From: a virus
Virus record (IMG/VR): IMGVR_UViG_3300028823_000151
Direction: 5' to 3' (one strand)
Length of the DNA: 59,591 bases
The notes under the pieces were generated by a model. The model did no database searches. It was not told where the DNA came from and saw only the letters and a list, made by a program, of their open reading frames with translations. A program made the position numbers and the translations under genes. Positions 22,568 to 32,848 of this stretch are shown here, one piece after another. Each line of letters starts with the position of its first letter. Position 1 is the first letter of the stretch.

Positions 22568-23848
22568 ATGGCAGTAGTTGACAAAGAAGGAAATGATATA
22601 ATAAAAGGATCACCAAGAATAGACGGGTGGCAAAATCTTTTTTCAGGTGTCGGAAAAAGAGGTAGAGATAAGACGGACGCGAATTACTACACTCCTTATC
22701 CTTATATTTATTTTGATGATGAACTATTAACACACCTTTACACCTATGAAGGATTGGCCACTAAAATAATAGATACACCAGCCAATGACATGACTCGTTC
22801 TTGGGTAACAATTGAAAATGATGATGAAGGAAAAATACAAGAAGAACTAAAAAGAATTGATGCACACAATAAAATAAACATGGCAATCAAGTTCACGAGA
22901 CTGTACAGGGGTGCATTAATCTTTATGGTATTTGAAGGGGATACAACGGACTTTTCTACTCCTGCACCAAAAACAATTAAGGGAATAAAAGCCTTAAGAA
23001 TTTATTCTGCAGCTCGTGTAAGAATAACGCAAGCAAACATTATATCAGATGTAGATAGTAACTACTTTGATGAAGTGGAAATATTTCCTATAAGAACAAG
23101 AGGTGGACAACTCTTAAACGTACATGAATCAAGGTGCTTAGTATTTAAAGGGGATCCATCCCCGGACTTTGATATCAACATTGACTTTGAATATCGTTAT
23201 TGGGGTTTACCTGTAATGGTAAGAATCTTTGAACGATTAAGTAACTATGGAATAATTGAAAAAGGTGTTAGTACTCTTATGCAAGAAGCTTCAGTAGGAA
23301 AGTACTCAATAGCTAACTTAGCAAACTTCCTTGCACAAAACACAAATGAAACTATAAATAAAATATATACAAGAATAGATATTATCGATAGAAGTAAATC
23401 TGTCCTTAATGCAGTCTTGCTTGATGCGAACTCAGGTGAAGATTATTCAAGGGACACTTTAAATCTTTCAGGAATTGAAGGAATTATAGATAGAGGAATG
23501 ATGAACTTATCTTCAGTTTGTGGTATACCTGTTACTCTATTGTTTGGTCGGTCCCCTGCTGGTCAAAACGCCACAGGGGATTCCGACTTTGAAAATTATT
23601 ATAAGTCTGTTAGATCTGAACAAACCAATTGGTTAATATATCCATTAAGAAAACTAGTTAATATTGTCGCAGGATACTTGAAAGTTTCAGAACCTAAAGT
23701 AAGATTTAATCCTTTAAGAGAAGCAGATGAAAAAGAAAAAGCTGAAATAAGAAAATTAAATTCTGAATCAGACAAAATTGACATTGAACAGGGAATACAC
23801 ACCCCTGAAGAAATCTTAGAAAGAAGAGAATCAGAAAACCCAATATGA
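22568..23848 (+). CDS. portal protein (DUF1073-like)
   Basis: Lies immediately after terL and is 426 aa. YWGLPVMVRIFERLSNYGIIEKGVSTLMQEASVGKYSIANLANFL is typical of this portal family. Confidence 0.75.
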   Translation: MAVVDKEGNDIIKGSPRIDGWQNLFSGVGKRGRDKTDANYYTPYPYIYFDDELLTHLYTYEGLATKIIDTPANDMTRSWVTIENDDEGKIQEELKRIDAHNKINMAIKFTRLYRGALIFMVFEGDTTDFSTPAPKTIKGIKALRIYSAARVRITQANIISDVDSNYFDEVEIFPIRTRGGQLLNVHESRCLVFKGDPSPDFDINIDFEYRYWGLPVMVRIFERLSNYGIIEKGVSTLMQEASVGKYSIANLANFLAQNTNETINKIYTRIDIIDRSKSVLNAVLLDANSGEDYSRDTLNLSGIEGIIDRGMMNLSSVCGIPVTLLFGRSPAGQNATGDSDFENYYKSVRSEQTNWLIYPLRKLVNIVAGYLKVSEPKVRFNPLREADEKEKAEIRKLNSESDKIDIEQGIHTPEEILERRESENPI

Positions 23849-24123
23849 AAATGTTAAGAAAACTTTTATATATTATTGTAAAACCTTTTGTTCAAGAAGC
23901 AATGAACTTTGAGATTAAAAAGTTTTATGAAAATTTCTTACAAAAAGAATTTGAAAGTGTAGCTGAACAAATAGCTAAAAAAGAAATAGATGAGTTTTAT
24001 AAATTTCTAATCGAACAACAAGAAAACACAAAACATATTGAGTCTATTGGAATAGAAGAAGAAATTGAATTAAACCAATTTGCTATAGAGGCTTTAAGTG
24101 GAGAAAACGCAAAGATACGATAG
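23845..24123 (+). CDS. hypothetical protein
   Basis: 4-nt overlap with the portal gene. Coiled-coil-like. Confidence 0.45.
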   Translation: MKMLRKLLYIIVKPFVQEAMNFEIKKFYENFLQKEFESVAEQIAKKEIDEFYKFLIEQQENTKHIESIGIEEEIELNQFAIEALSGENAKIR

Positions 24124-25237
24124 AGGGTTTTATGAAATACTATTTCGCGAAACTTTAAAGATGCATCGTAAATCAATTGGAGCTTCTGCAAGAACTAGAA
24201 CAAAGACTTTTAATAACCCTGTATGGATATTTCCTTCACAATGGGAAAGAGTTTATGGTAAGTTAATAAAAACTTATCAGAAAAACTTTACAGACTTTGT
24301 GTTAGAAACATTAAAGGAAGAGCTTCCAGATTGGATAACACAATATAAAGAAGGAACAAGAACAGACAGTACTTTAATTTCTAACTTGCGAAAAGAAGAA
24401 AACGAAAGAATAAAAATAGAAAAAAGATTAAGTACTGATTCTTATCCAGAAGATGATGAAGAAATAAGAAGATATTTGGTAAAAGTTTTAAGGGAAGATT
24501 TTAAGAAAGATTATTCAGAGGAATTTCGTTATGACATTTACTCAGATGAACTTAGAAACTTTACCAATAATCTTAATACTATTCTTACTAACATATACGA
24601 TAGGGGAATTGATGAAGTTTTAGCGGACTTATCAGCTATTGGGGAAAATGTATCAGGGTTTAATCAACAGCAATGGCAAAAACAACTTAGTAGGTTAATT
24701 GGAAGACAATTCACCTCCAATGAAGCTTGGTTGTCAGAAGTACTTAGCTTATGGACACAGGAAAACCTGAACTTAATAAGAGGACTAAGTGCTGAATATA
24801 TTAGACGTGTAACTTTTATAATTAACGATGGAGTACAAAACGGATTAACCCAGATTGAAATTACAAATAATGTAAGACAATTAAATTTCAGTATTGAGGA
24901 TGCTAGAGTTCGACTAATAGCCAGAGATCAAATAGCAGCTCTCAATGGAAGAATAACAAGATTGCGACAACAAGGTATTGGAGCAAACATGTATATTTGG
25001 TCCACTGAAAAAGATGAAAGGGTAAGAACTACCCACATAAATCTTGAAGGACAAATTTGTTTATGGGGAGATCCAAAAGTGTACAGTGAAGATGGAGGAA
25101 TAACCTTTATCTTTAGACCTCCTACAATGGCAATAGCAGAACCAGGACAAGAAATAAATTGTAGGTGTCAGGGAATACCATTCTTTGATAGAATGCTTGC
25201 AGAAGTAGATGAGGAAATTCTACAGGAGGCTGCATAA
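24098..25237 (+). CDS. minor head protein, Mu F / SPP1 gp7-like
   Basis: DERVRTTHINLEGQICLWGDP...EPGQEINCRCQGIPF is the Phage_Mu_F signature. The start is uncertain (GTG at 24098 or ATG at 24161). Confidence 0.8.
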   Translation: MEKTQRYDRGFYEILFRETLKMHRKSIGASARTRTKTFNNPVWIFPSQWERVYGKLIKTYQKNFTDFVLETLKEELPDWITQYKEGTRTDSTLISNLRKEENERIKIEKRLSTDSYPEDDEEIRRYLVKVLREDFKKDYSEEFRYDIYSDELRNFTNNLNTILTNIYDRGIDEVLADLSAIGENVSGFNQQQWQKQLSRLIGRQFTSNEAWLSEVLSLWTQENLNLIRGLSAEYIRRVTFIINDGVQNGLTQIEITNNVRQLNFSIEDARVRLIARDQIAALNGRITRLRQQGIGANMYIWSTEKDERVRTTHINLEGQICLWGDPKVYSEDGGITFIFRPPTMAIAEPGQEINCRCQGIPFFDRMLAEVDEEILQEAA

Positions 25238-25578
25238 TGGAAAACCCAGCTGTCTTTCTTTATAATTCTTATAAAAAGTCGGATAAATCTTTTGGAGTAG
25301 TAAGTCACCCAAACATAAAGGATGTACAAATTAGATTTATGAAGTGTTTGGATGAGCTGTACTTTAATGTTGATGATTTTTTGAAAACACACCCTAAGGA
25401 AAAGGTTGAAGAATACAAGAAGAACATAGGATTATGTCTTCCAATAGGTTGGAACAACTTTGAAAAGTTATGGATGAGCACAAAGGCATGGGAGATACTT
25501 TCTGATTCTTTAAGTTCAGTCGAAAAGAAAAGGGAAGCTCTTATTAAAGCCTTAGAAGAGGCAGATAAGAATGGATAA
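25237..25578 (+). CDS. hypothetical protein
   Basis: TAATG overlap with the upstream gene. Confidence 0.5.
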   Translation: MENPAVFLYNSYKKSDKSFGVVSHPNIKDVQIRFMKCLDELYFNVDDFLKTHPKEKVEEYKKNIGLCLPIGWNNFEKLWMSTKAWEILSDSLSSVEKKREALIKALEEADKNG

Positions 25579-25738
25579 AAGAATATCTAAAGAACAAGTC
25601 TTAAATGAAGTAGGAAAAGCCATAAATGAAGTTGAGTATGGAAAAATAATTTTAGTCATAAATGGTTCAACAGATTTTGTTGATATAATTATTGAAAAGA
25701 GACAAAGAATTAAATCCATAGAAAAACAAAAACAATAG
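25571..25738 (+). CDS. 55-aa protein, YezD/DUF2292-like (below the track cutoff)
   Basis: My own translation gives MDKRISKEQVLNEVGKAINEVEYGKIILVINGSTDFVDIIIEKRQRIKSIEKQKQ*. YG.I.L.I..G....I..EK matches the YezD pattern. The ORF overlaps the upstream stop by 8 nt. Confidence 0.4.
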   Translation: MDKRISKEQVLNEVGKAINEVEYGKIILVINGSTDFVDIIIEKRQRIKSIEKQKQ

Positions 25739-25776
25739 ATATTTTATTTGCATAAATCCGACAAACATTATTTATG

Positions 25777-25813
25777 GTGGGGTTGACACTCTCATCAACC
25801 CCACTTACTTTTT
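25777..25813 (+). terminator. rho-independent terminator after the terminase-portal-MuF unit
   Basis: gtggggttga-cactctca-tcaaccccac forms a 10-bp stem, followed by ttacttttt. Confidence 0.75.
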
Positions 25814-25823
25814 AGGAGGAAAC

Positions 25824-26093
25824 ATGGCAACTCAAATAGTCAATATAAGTTCTGCAAGTTGGACTCAAGTATCTGATGCAGGTGTTCAGTCTATCCTTAC
25901 TCCTTTAGTCCCGAATAAGACTTATCTAGTTAGATATTCGGACACCCAACCAACTGCAATTGAAAATACGGGACACAAATTTTTTGCAAAAGATGATTCA
26001 CCAAATGCACTTGTAGGATCAGCGAATACAGAAATTTGTTGGATGAAACTTGTTTCAGGTACAGCACAAGATGTACTTGTTTCTCCCTTATAG
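25824..26093 (+). CDS. hypothetical structural protein
   Basis: AGGAGGA SD directly after a terminator. It is the first gene of the fibre-like block. Confidence 0.5.
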   Translation: MATQIVNISSASWTQVSDAGVQSILTPLVPNKTYLVRYSDTQPTAIENTGHKFFAKDDSPNALVGSANTEICWMKLVSGTAQDVLVSPL

Positions 26094-26102
26094 GAGTTAA
26101 CT

Positions 26103-29075
26103 ATGATAACTAATAGAACAGTTATACTTGGATCAATTGGAGGTGAAGTTAGTTCCATTCAAAGTTATAAAGGGCTTTGGAATGCGGACACTAACACACC
26201 AACAATTCAATCAGGAGTAGGTACAGCAGGCGATTTCTACATTGTCAGTGTTGCTGGAACTACAGAAATAGATGGAATAAATACTTGGAATGTTGGTGAT
26301 AGAATAGAATTCAATGGAACAGTTTGGGAAAGACTAGAAGACCCAACAGCAGGTGAAATTTTAGCATTAAGATCTGACATTTTTGATAATGTTAGCGATA
26401 ATATGATACCAATGAAGTCAGCTGGTGTAGATGAATTTGAAGATTCATCTTTTACAGAAACAACGGAGTTTGTTGAATCCAGTAAAACTTTAATGCTTCC
26501 CCCAGATTCGTTACTACTTGGAGAGTCTGTACGGATGTCTAGTGCGTTTAGGTCTATTCTACTCCGGAATGAAGCTACTGGAGAGACATTACTAACTTCT
26601 ATATGTGGATATGATAATACTGGATCACTACCTTTTAATCATCCAGTATTTGAATCCCAGACCATAGATGTTAGACAGGCAGTTGACACCGTTACAGCTG
26701 GTTCTGGGAATTTGACTTTTGAATTATCAGTTACAGAAAATAGACTCATTCAGTCAATCGTCTTTAGGGCTTCTAACACTGGCAGTTTTACCATTGTTGC
26801 GAGATACAATAATGCGAGCGGAAAAGTTATTTATGATATGGACATTACAGTTGGTTCTATTGGAGACATGACCTTGAACTTACCTGCCCCATATCTTGAA
26901 GCAACGGGAGATACAATTCATATAACCATTACAGGTGATGTATTATTGTTGGGTGGTAACGTCGGTCCCGGAAGTTCGTTTATTCCTTATTATAGTGTAA
27001 CTGGACTTATTTATTCAGAGTTTGAAATCCATACGGATGAGGATTTTACAAAAGAACTTCATTCAGACACTTCAGAACCTACAGGATTCATTGATAGAAA
27101 TGGAACATCTTTATCTTTTGTAAATGCCACAAGAACTTTTACTTTAGAAGTAGCTACTACAAAAGATTATTATATAAAGGGTCAGAAATATACTTTAACC
27201 GGAAATGTGAATTATGTAATACCAGATACTGAAGGGTTGATTTATATTTACCTTCAAGATGACGGAACCTTAAATTCTATAACAACTTTTGATATTCCAA
27301 CATTATTACGTGACAATGCGTTTGTTTCAATTGTATATTGGGATGCAACAAATAATCTTAGGATTTATTTTGCTGATGAACGACATGGCGCAACTATGGA
27401 CTGGGCAACACATTCTTATTTGCATAATGTATTTGGTGCTAGATTTGATAGTGGGTTAGCTTTAAATAGTATAGTTGCAGACGGTGACGGATCGTCTGAT
27501 ACTCATGCACAATTTGGGTATGATGCTGGAGTAATTCGTGACGAAGATTTGATTCACAATATATCTGCTGATACCGCACCTTCTCAGATACCTATATTTT
27601 ATAGATCTGGAACAACTAACGTAAGACGTAAAGAAGCAGACAATTTTCCTTTAATTTATGATGGAGACGGAACATGGACAGGTGTATCAGGACGTCCAGC
27701 GTATAATGAAAATGTCGCAGGTTCTTGGCAATTATCAGAAGTTGGTACTAATGATTTTTGGCTTGTACATTACTTTGCAACAAACGATATAGAATATCCA
27801 GTAATTGGATGGTTAGGAATTGAGAGTTATGGAAATGTAACTATAGCCAGAGATATGGCAAGTGAAGAAATAAACCAATTGTCAGGTCTACCTTTTGCTG
27901 AATTTACACCAATAGCAACAGTAATTTTTGGAACAAACTCATATGCTAATACAGCAAACGCAGTTATAAGAAGTATAGACGTTGATAATGATTATGTTGA
28001 TTGGAGAGGGGCGTTCGATGTTGCATCAAATATTAGTGCCTCTGAACATAACAACTTATCAAATAGGGATGCAGCCAATGCACATCCTGCTTTAGCTATA
28101 GGGTATTCAAATACGATAGGTGGAACAGTTGTCGACAATGTCGATGACGCCTTAGACGAACTTGAAATACATAACAATTTGGATGGAAGAGATACAGCGG
28201 ACACTCATCCAGCAACTTCCATTTCATATTCCAATACTATTGGTGGAACAAGTATAGACAATGTAGACGATGCATTGGATGCATTAGAAACTCACAATAA
28301 TCTTGAGGGTAGGAGTACTACTGATACACATCCAGCAACGGCTATTTCATATAGTGCAACTATAGGAGGTGTGGTAGTGAATAATGTTTCAGAAGCTCTT
28401 GATGAACTTAGTGGAGCAGGTCATTATGATGAGCCACGACTCACTAATTTTTCTATGGATATACCGCCAAGGATTGACATAGGTACAGATTTAAACGTTG
28501 CGACTGGGTATTCCTTTTTTGCAACTCATATAAATAATATTGATGGAGACTTAACTTTAGTTGTAACGACTGGAGATAATAAAACAATATCTGCACCATT
28601 TACAGAAGGGCAGAATGCAGGTTCGGTTACTTTGTCTGGTATTGTGACAAGTTCAGCCACAACCGTAACTTTTCAGTTAACTGGCACTGATACAAATGGA
28701 GGAACCATACAATCTAATGTTGTTAGTATTGATGTGTCAGATGTTCCGGTTGAAGAGTTACTATACTGGAATACACAAACGTCAAGTAATGCAGCAGACT
28801 TTGATACAGGAACTGCAGATAGTCAAGAAATTACTGGTTCAACAAATACCATAACAATAGCTACATTTACAGGAAATAGATATCTTGGAATTGCACAACC
28901 AGCAACGGAAACTGATTTTACTCAAATAAATATTGGTGGTGTAAATCAAATTGGGGCATTTACAAAAAATTCTGGTGCAATAACGGTAAATACTGAAAGT
29001 TATGATGTATGGTTATCTAATAATGCTCTTGATGGAACAATCGTTAGTGGAGAAATTATAGGACTAGTGAGGTAA
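26103..29075 (+). CDS. large fibre-like structural protein with three tandem 41-aa repeats
   Basis: 990 aa. N-terminal KGLWNADTNTPTIQSGVGTAGDFYIVSVAGTTEIDGINTWNVGDRIEFNGTVWE is a common phage fibre module. The HNNL.GRD..D.HPA.AISYS.TIGG...DNVDDALDELE repeats are typical of tail-fibre repeats. Confidence 0.6.
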   Translation: MITNRTVILGSIGGEVSSIQSYKGLWNADTNTPTIQSGVGTAGDFYIVSVAGTTEIDGINTWNVGDRIEFNGTVWERLEDPTAGEILALRSDIFDNVSDNMIPMKSAGVDEFEDSSFTETTEFVESSKTLMLPPDSLLLGESVRMSSAFRSILLRNEATGETLLTSICGYDNTGSLPFNHPVFESQTIDVRQAVDTVTAGSGNLTFELSVTENRLIQSIVFRASNTGSFTIVARYNNASGKVIYDMDITVGSIGDMTLNLPAPYLEATGDTIHITITGDVLLLGGNVGPGSSFIPYYSVTGLIYSEFEIHTDEDFTKELHSDTSEPTGFIDRNGTSLSFVNATRTFTLEVATTKDYYIKGQKYTLTGNVNYVIPDTEGLIYIYLQDDGTLNSITTFDIPTLLRDNAFVSIVYWDATNNLRIYFADERHGATMDWATHSYLHNVFGARFDSGLALNSIVADGDGSSDTHAQFGYDAGVIRDEDLIHNISADTAPSQIPIFYRSGTTNVRRKEADNFPLIYDGDGTWTGVSGRPAYNENVAGSWQLSEVGTNDFWLVHYFATNDIEYPVIGWLGIESYGNVTIARDMASEEINQLSGLPFAEFTPIATVIFGTNSYANTANAVIRSIDVDNDYVDWRGAFDVASNISASEHNNLSNRDAANAHPALAIGYSNTIGGTVVDNVDDALDELEIHNNLDGRDTADTHPATSISYSNTIGGTSIDNVDDALDALETHNNLEGRSTTDTHPATAISYSATIGGVVVNNVSEALDELSGAGHYDEPRLTNFSMDIPPRIDIGTDLNVATGYSFFATHINNIDGDLTLVVTTGDNKTISAPFTEGQNAGSVTLSGIVTSSATTVTFQLTGTDTNGGTIQSNVVSIDVSDVPVEELLYWNTQTSSNAADFDTGTADSQEITGSTNTITIATFTGNRYLGIAQPATETDFTQINIGGVNQIGAFTKNSGAITVNTESYDVWLSNNALDGTIVSGEIIGLVR
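28047..28415 (+). repeat. three tandem in-frame 123-nt (41-aa) repeats inside the fibre-like gene
   Basis: The units begin with His codons at 28047, 28170 and 28293: HNNLSNRDAANAHPALAIGYSNTIGGTVVDNVDDALDELEI, HNNLDGRDTADTHPATSISYSNTIGGTSIDNVDDALDALET and HNNLEGRSTTDTHPATAISYSATIGGVVVNNVSEALDELSG. Confidence 0.9.
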
Positions 29076-29078
29076 ATT

Positions 29079-32000
29079 ATGCCAATAAATATATATGACA
29101 AGTTAAGATCAGCTTTTAGTGGACCGATCATTGATGCCAATGTTGTTGAAGTAGATGGAGAGAATATCAATAATGTTGATACTATAACGAATGCACAGTT
29201 AACGGCAGAGTCTTTACAAAATCAGATTATAAATATTCGTCAATCTCAAGAAATAAATTCAGGTAATTTTCAAACTTTTGAAAATAGTTTCGTTATAGAC
29301 GACACTAATGCTTCAGCGAATAATGGGGTGGTTAATATTTATGTATCTCCAACAGACAAAATAACAACTGTGACATTGCCATCAACGGCAGACATAGCGA
29401 CGGCAGGATTGACGTATCCAGTAAGTTTTGAATTTATTCATACTGGTGGTACTGGATCTTTTACTCGTACAAACATATTAAGGATTCAGTCTGCTGATGC
29501 GGTGTCTGGTAACTTAATTGATGCCCCTAACGAGGACAGCAATAGAACGTTCTTTAATTTAGTACAAAATGATATTGGATTGTTTGTAAAGGACAATGCT
29601 GGTGCAGATTATCGTTTGATCCTTGGAACCTTTGATGCTATGTCACAAGTGTCAAGAGGAGGAGTCTTTACTTTCCGTGACGACATTTCCATTACAAATA
29701 TTGTAGACATAGCAACTGAACTTGCAGGTGTTACCATAAATCAAGGGGACGCTTTTATTATCACCAATGGGGGACCATACTTTAATCAAGATATTGTTGA
29801 TGGAAGTGTAATAGTAGCTAAAATAAATAATCCAAGTTTGTTAAGTACATCTACGGACTGGTTAATACTACAGAGTGAAAGAGGAAGTGCTTTATCATCG
29901 AATCAAATGGCCTTCTTCAGGAATATTATACGTGATGGTACTAGATTTGATTTTACACGGAACATAAATATTGATCCGATAAACGTTATAGAATTCTTTT
30001 CTCAAGCTACAGGAAGCAATTTAGGATCACAGTATCTTTACAGGGCAGCAGCAGGTGAATCTGCAAGTTCTGCAAGGTCAGCCGTTGTAGCTAATCAAAA
30101 TATACAATTTTCAGATTTAATTGGTGGTAGATTACGACTGCAAGTACAATTTACCACCATAATAACATCGGGATTTTTACCGCAATTGGTAGATCTTAGA
30201 TTAACATATGGAGCAATCGAATTTGTGTTTCCTTTAACCGGAGTATCAAATTCACAAACTGCTACGGTAGAAATTGACATACCAAATATAAATTATTCAT
30301 CAATATTAAATACAAATTGTACAGTTACTTTGAACTTTAATTTTACTGGTAGGTCTTTTTCTGGGGTCTTTAGAGTGCAAGAAGTAGTAAATCGACTTAA
30401 AGGTAATTTGAATGATGCAGTTACAGCCATAGCGGAAGACCAAGCACAGATGGCAGAAAACCGTCTTGATGAAAGGCTTAGGTTACTTGCAACTAATATT
30501 GATAATGAAGAATCAGAGTTTGAAGCTATACGGAATAGAATTTCACCATTAAGAACAGACAATATATTATCACCAGATATAAATGCTTTATTTCTAAATA
30601 GTACTGGTAGTGACCCTTTCCCAACTTCCTTGGCTTCATTTAATGAGGTTAACTCAGATAACCCACGATTTACTGGTGGGAATGTAGCCTTATTTGTTGC
30701 TGTAATTTCTGACGGAGTAAACAGTCATGCGTTAAGAAACATTACTACAAGTTCTTCAATAGTCTTAGTAGATTCTGATCCAAATGTAACTCTCGGAGAA
30801 TCTTTGTCCAATGGGCTTAACACATATTTTGTTTATAGAATTACTGGTCTTACTTCTGGCCATGTTTATGAAATTGACGAAATACGTCAAGTACAGATTG
30901 TTGCATGGCCTGCCGATATTTCTGCACTACAACAAGAAATAGTTAGAATAGATTCAGAGTTAAGCCATGCGGCATTAAATCTTGATGACGAATTGGTGCA
31001 TTATCTTGAAAATGATATTGCTATTACAGAGGAGACAACTCCGACAATAAATTCTACTGCATATAATAATGGTCTTGGGGATACAGGTACACAGACTGTA
31101 TTTTATGAAACGAATCCTAACACACCGTCGGGTGGCTTCCTAAATTCAAAGCCCATTATTGATACTAATGGCACTGATAGATATAGAAGGAAATTAGTTT
31201 ACTTTCCACCAAACGATAGCTATTCCAATCAAGCCTATCTGGTAGCTTTTGATGGTACGACAGGAAGGGATTTAATTCGATATCTTGAGGGGGATTTTTA
31301 TGTGCGACAATTTATACCGGCAGTTGCGGGTGGCACTCAATTAGTAAATATTTATCCTACTCCAGAAAATCAAGTATTCAATCCAAATAATCCTTGGTTT
31401 ACTATATCGACAATAACGTTTCAAAATGGTGTACCAATTCCGCTAACTAATGAATTGTTTTTTACAAGAAATATTCCACCGTCTTCAACATTTCTATTTA
31501 TTGATTATCGTGGTCATGCAAACGGAAATGTTTTTGGGACTAGTAGCACCATATTAAATGGTGCTGGTGGTAACACATCAGTTTCACTAAGTTTTACTCT
31601 AAACGACGGTAATGAGTCTGCGACCGTAGAAGTACTGTATCGAGCTACACAGAGAGATATACGAGTAAGTGTTACCGAAAGAATATCAACAGGACTACCA
31701 ACGATAAACGACATTCAGATACGTTTGCGCTGGAGTGAAACGAGAACTATTCCGGCAACCCCAGCAAGTACAAGAGATATTTTAATTGAATCTTTACATT
31801 CCGGATACAATATATTTGCTATAAAGCCGAGTGCAACAAATACACTTGTCATAGTAGGTGATCAAGTAGAAATAGACACAAGATATCCATATACAACATT
31901 ATTTGGAGGTGGTGAAACTGGATACTTAAGAGCAAGAGATGAGACAACGCCTGATCCTGTATATCTTGACTATGAGGATTTTGATGTTATACCATCAGTA

Positions 32001-32222
32001 ATAATTGATCTTGAAAATCATGCTACATTACCGCAGTATGGATTATTTACAACAAATTATACTCACGAAACGTCAATAGATTTTGATACACAGATGACCG
32101 TTAGAGATGATAACGACAATGAGGTTAATGTTGGTACAGAGTTAGTATTGAAATCCCCTAACGGTACATATTACAGATTATCGGTTGATAATGATGGAAA
32201 TTTAATAACAACGGTCGTATAA
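29079..32222 (+). CDS. large structural protein (fibre/host-recognition candidate)
   Basis: 1047 aa with a Ser/Thr/Asn-rich beta-type composition. It starts 3 nt after the previous gene. I recognised no motif. Confidence 0.45.
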   Translation: MPINIYDKLRSAFSGPIIDANVVEVDGENINNVDTITNAQLTAESLQNQIINIRQSQEINSGNFQTFENSFVIDDTNASANNGVVNIYVSPTDKITTVTLPSTADIATAGLTYPVSFEFIHTGGTGSFTRTNILRIQSADAVSGNLIDAPNEDSNRTFFNLVQNDIGLFVKDNAGADYRLILGTFDAMSQVSRGGVFTFRDDISITNIVDIATELAGVTINQGDAFIITNGGPYFNQDIVDGSVIVAKINNPSLLSTSTDWLILQSERGSALSSNQMAFFRNIIRDGTRFDFTRNINIDPINVIEFFSQATGSNLGSQYLYRAAAGESASSARSAVVANQNIQFSDLIGGRLRLQVQFTTIITSGFLPQLVDLRLTYGAIEFVFPLTGVSNSQTATVEIDIPNINYSSILNTNCTVTLNFNFTGRSFSGVFRVQEVVNRLKGNLNDAVTAIAEDQAQMAENRLDERLRLLATNIDNEESEFEAIRNRISPLRTDNILSPDINALFLNSTGSDPFPTSLASFNEVNSDNPRFTGGNVALFVAVISDGVNSHALRNITTSSSIVLVDSDPNVTLGESLSNGLNTYFVYRITGLTSGHVYEIDEIRQVQIVAWPADISALQQEIVRIDSELSHAALNLDDELVHYLENDIAITEETTPTINSTAYNNGLGDTGTQTVFYETNPNTPSGGFLNSKPIIDTNGTDRYRRKLVYFPPNDSYSNQAYLVAFDGTTGRDLIRYLEGDFYVRQFIPAVAGGTQLVNIYPTPENQVFNPNNPWFTISTITFQNGVPIPLTNELFFTRNIPPSSTFLFIDYRGHANGNVFGTSSTILNGAGGNTSVSLSFTLNDGNESATVEVLYRATQRDIRVSVTERISTGLPTINDIQIRLRWSETRTIPATPASTRDILIESLHSGYNIFAIKPSATNTLVIVGDQVEIDTRYPYTTLFGGGETGYLRARDETTPDPVYLDYEDFDVIPSVIIDLENHATLPQYGLFTTNYTHETSIDFDTQMTVRDDNDNEVNVGTELVLKSPNGTYYRLSVDNDGNLITTVV

Positions 32223-32237
32223 TAAGGAGTATAAGAG

Positions 32238-32594
32238 ATGCCAAAACATATAACAATTGAAAACGATTTACATGACTTTGATTCACATCAAATACAAACT
32301 TTGAGCAGTGCAATTTCTCAAGTTATAGACGTGTATGACACCACTGTCCATACAGGAGCGACTTTATATGTACATCTTAATGATGGGGTTGACGCAGTAC
32401 GGATTCGATTTGAGTGTATACATTTTGGTGCTGGTACAGATATAAATCAAGATATATGTTATGTAGTAAATACTGCTCCATTAAACATATCAATAAGCAG
32501 AGCAATTGTATCAGATATTTTTCAAATTACCATTACAAATAATAGTTCTAATGCGATGACGGGAAAGTACTATGTGGTCTCACATAATCTATAA
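32238..32594 (+). CDS. hypothetical protein
   Basis: AAGGAG SD. Confidence 0.45.
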   Translation: MPKHITIENDLHDFDSHQIQTLSSAISQVIDVYDTTVHTGATLYVHLNDGVDAVRIRFECIHFGAGTDINQDICYVVNTAPLNISISRAIVSDIFQITITNNSSNAMTGKYYVVSHNL

Positions 32595-32615
32595 AATGTT
32601 TTAGGGGGAAGTACA

Positions 32616-32825
32616 ATGAAAATAAGAAGACAAGGACAACCGACTATCAATCTAGAAAAAGTAGAAATGATAGATTCCGTGGATGAAGTAGGACCACCAC
32701 CATCATGGGATATTGTGTTTAATGTAGGCGGAAGAGAATATCGATGGAGATTTGATGATCCTATTATCAGAGATGATGTATATAATAGAATTCAAAATCT
32801 TTGGGGATGCACAGACTTAAATTAA
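32616..32825 (+). CDS. hypothetical protein
   Basis: GGGGGAAG SD. Confidence 0.45.
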   Translation: MKIRRQGQPTINLEKVEMIDSVDEVGPPPSWDIVFNVGGREYRWRFDDPIIRDDVYNRIQNLWGCTDLN

Positions 32826-32848
32826 ATTGCCTGTAAGGTAGGAAAACA

